Source: a virus. From it: DNA of 64,000 bases. Below, one piece after another: positions 63,906 to 64,000 of the stretch (positions are counted from its first letter, which is position 1; each line of letters starts with the position of its first letter). The notes beneath the pieces were generated by a model. That model made no database searches. It was not told the origin of the DNA and saw only the letters and a list, made by a program, of their open reading frames with translations. Where the stretch lies: the IMG/VR virus record IMGVR_UViG_3300021399_000004, positions 105,339-169,338 of that record; one strand, written 5' to 3'. The position numbers and the translations under genes were made by a program.

Positions 63906-64000
63906 TACTTACCACTAGAGCCGAAGCCGCCATCATTCCTTTCTGTTTCATCTAAAGTATCTACAGGAACGGGTGCAAAACGATAACTAGGCATTACCAT
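63905..64000 (-). CDS. dut: dUTPase, C-terminal 31 codons only (5' part outside the window)
   Basis: The frame is open from the window edge and ends ...ERNDGGFGSSGK-TAA. GGFGS(T/S)G is dUTPase motif V. Its TAA overlaps the next ATG (TAATG). Confidence 0.55.
   Translation of the reverse strand: MVMPSYRFAPVPVDTLDETERNDGGFGSSGK

Noticed and set aside
60900-64000. Diversity-generating retroelement at the 3' end of the tail fibre gene.
   Set aside because: I saw no template/variable repeat pair and no reverse transcriptase motif. A terminator and convergent DNA-metabolism genes follow directly.

Overview
The window reads as part of a large tailed-phage or prophage genome with two very different arms. 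I recognised no rRNA, tRNA, CRISPR array or transposase.

**Left arm (1-19.6 kb).** It is mostly GC-rich and almost entirely minus-strand. About 36 small genes sit in near-identical single-gene cassettes. Each cassette has a 20-bp perfect palindrome (TTAGATGTT-NN-AACATCTAA, 33 copies) and a near-consensus extended -10 promoter. A conserved leader with two hairpins follows, then a strong SD, a small ORF and a GC-rich terminator that often contains the stop codon. No left-arm gene has TAG in frame or as its stop.

**AT-rich island (14.7-17.9 kb).** This roughly 3-kb non-coding stretch interrupts the left arm. It carries orphan cassette promoters, iteron-like direct repeats, a long TATATG-type alternating tract and an (ATA)11 run.

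**Right arm (19.8-64 kb).** It is AT-rich and encodes terminase, portal, capsid, tail tube, tape measure, Dit and Tal/fibre. A RuvC-dUTPase module lies on the minus strand at the far end. These genes are only intact if TAG is a sense codon, and internal repeat alignments point to Gln. With TAG read through, the fragmented ORF track collapses into a 5,608-codon tape measure gene and a 3,377-codon tail gene.

**Limits.** All functional calls come from motif recall and gene order. No database search was possible. Counts and coordinates were worked out by hand.
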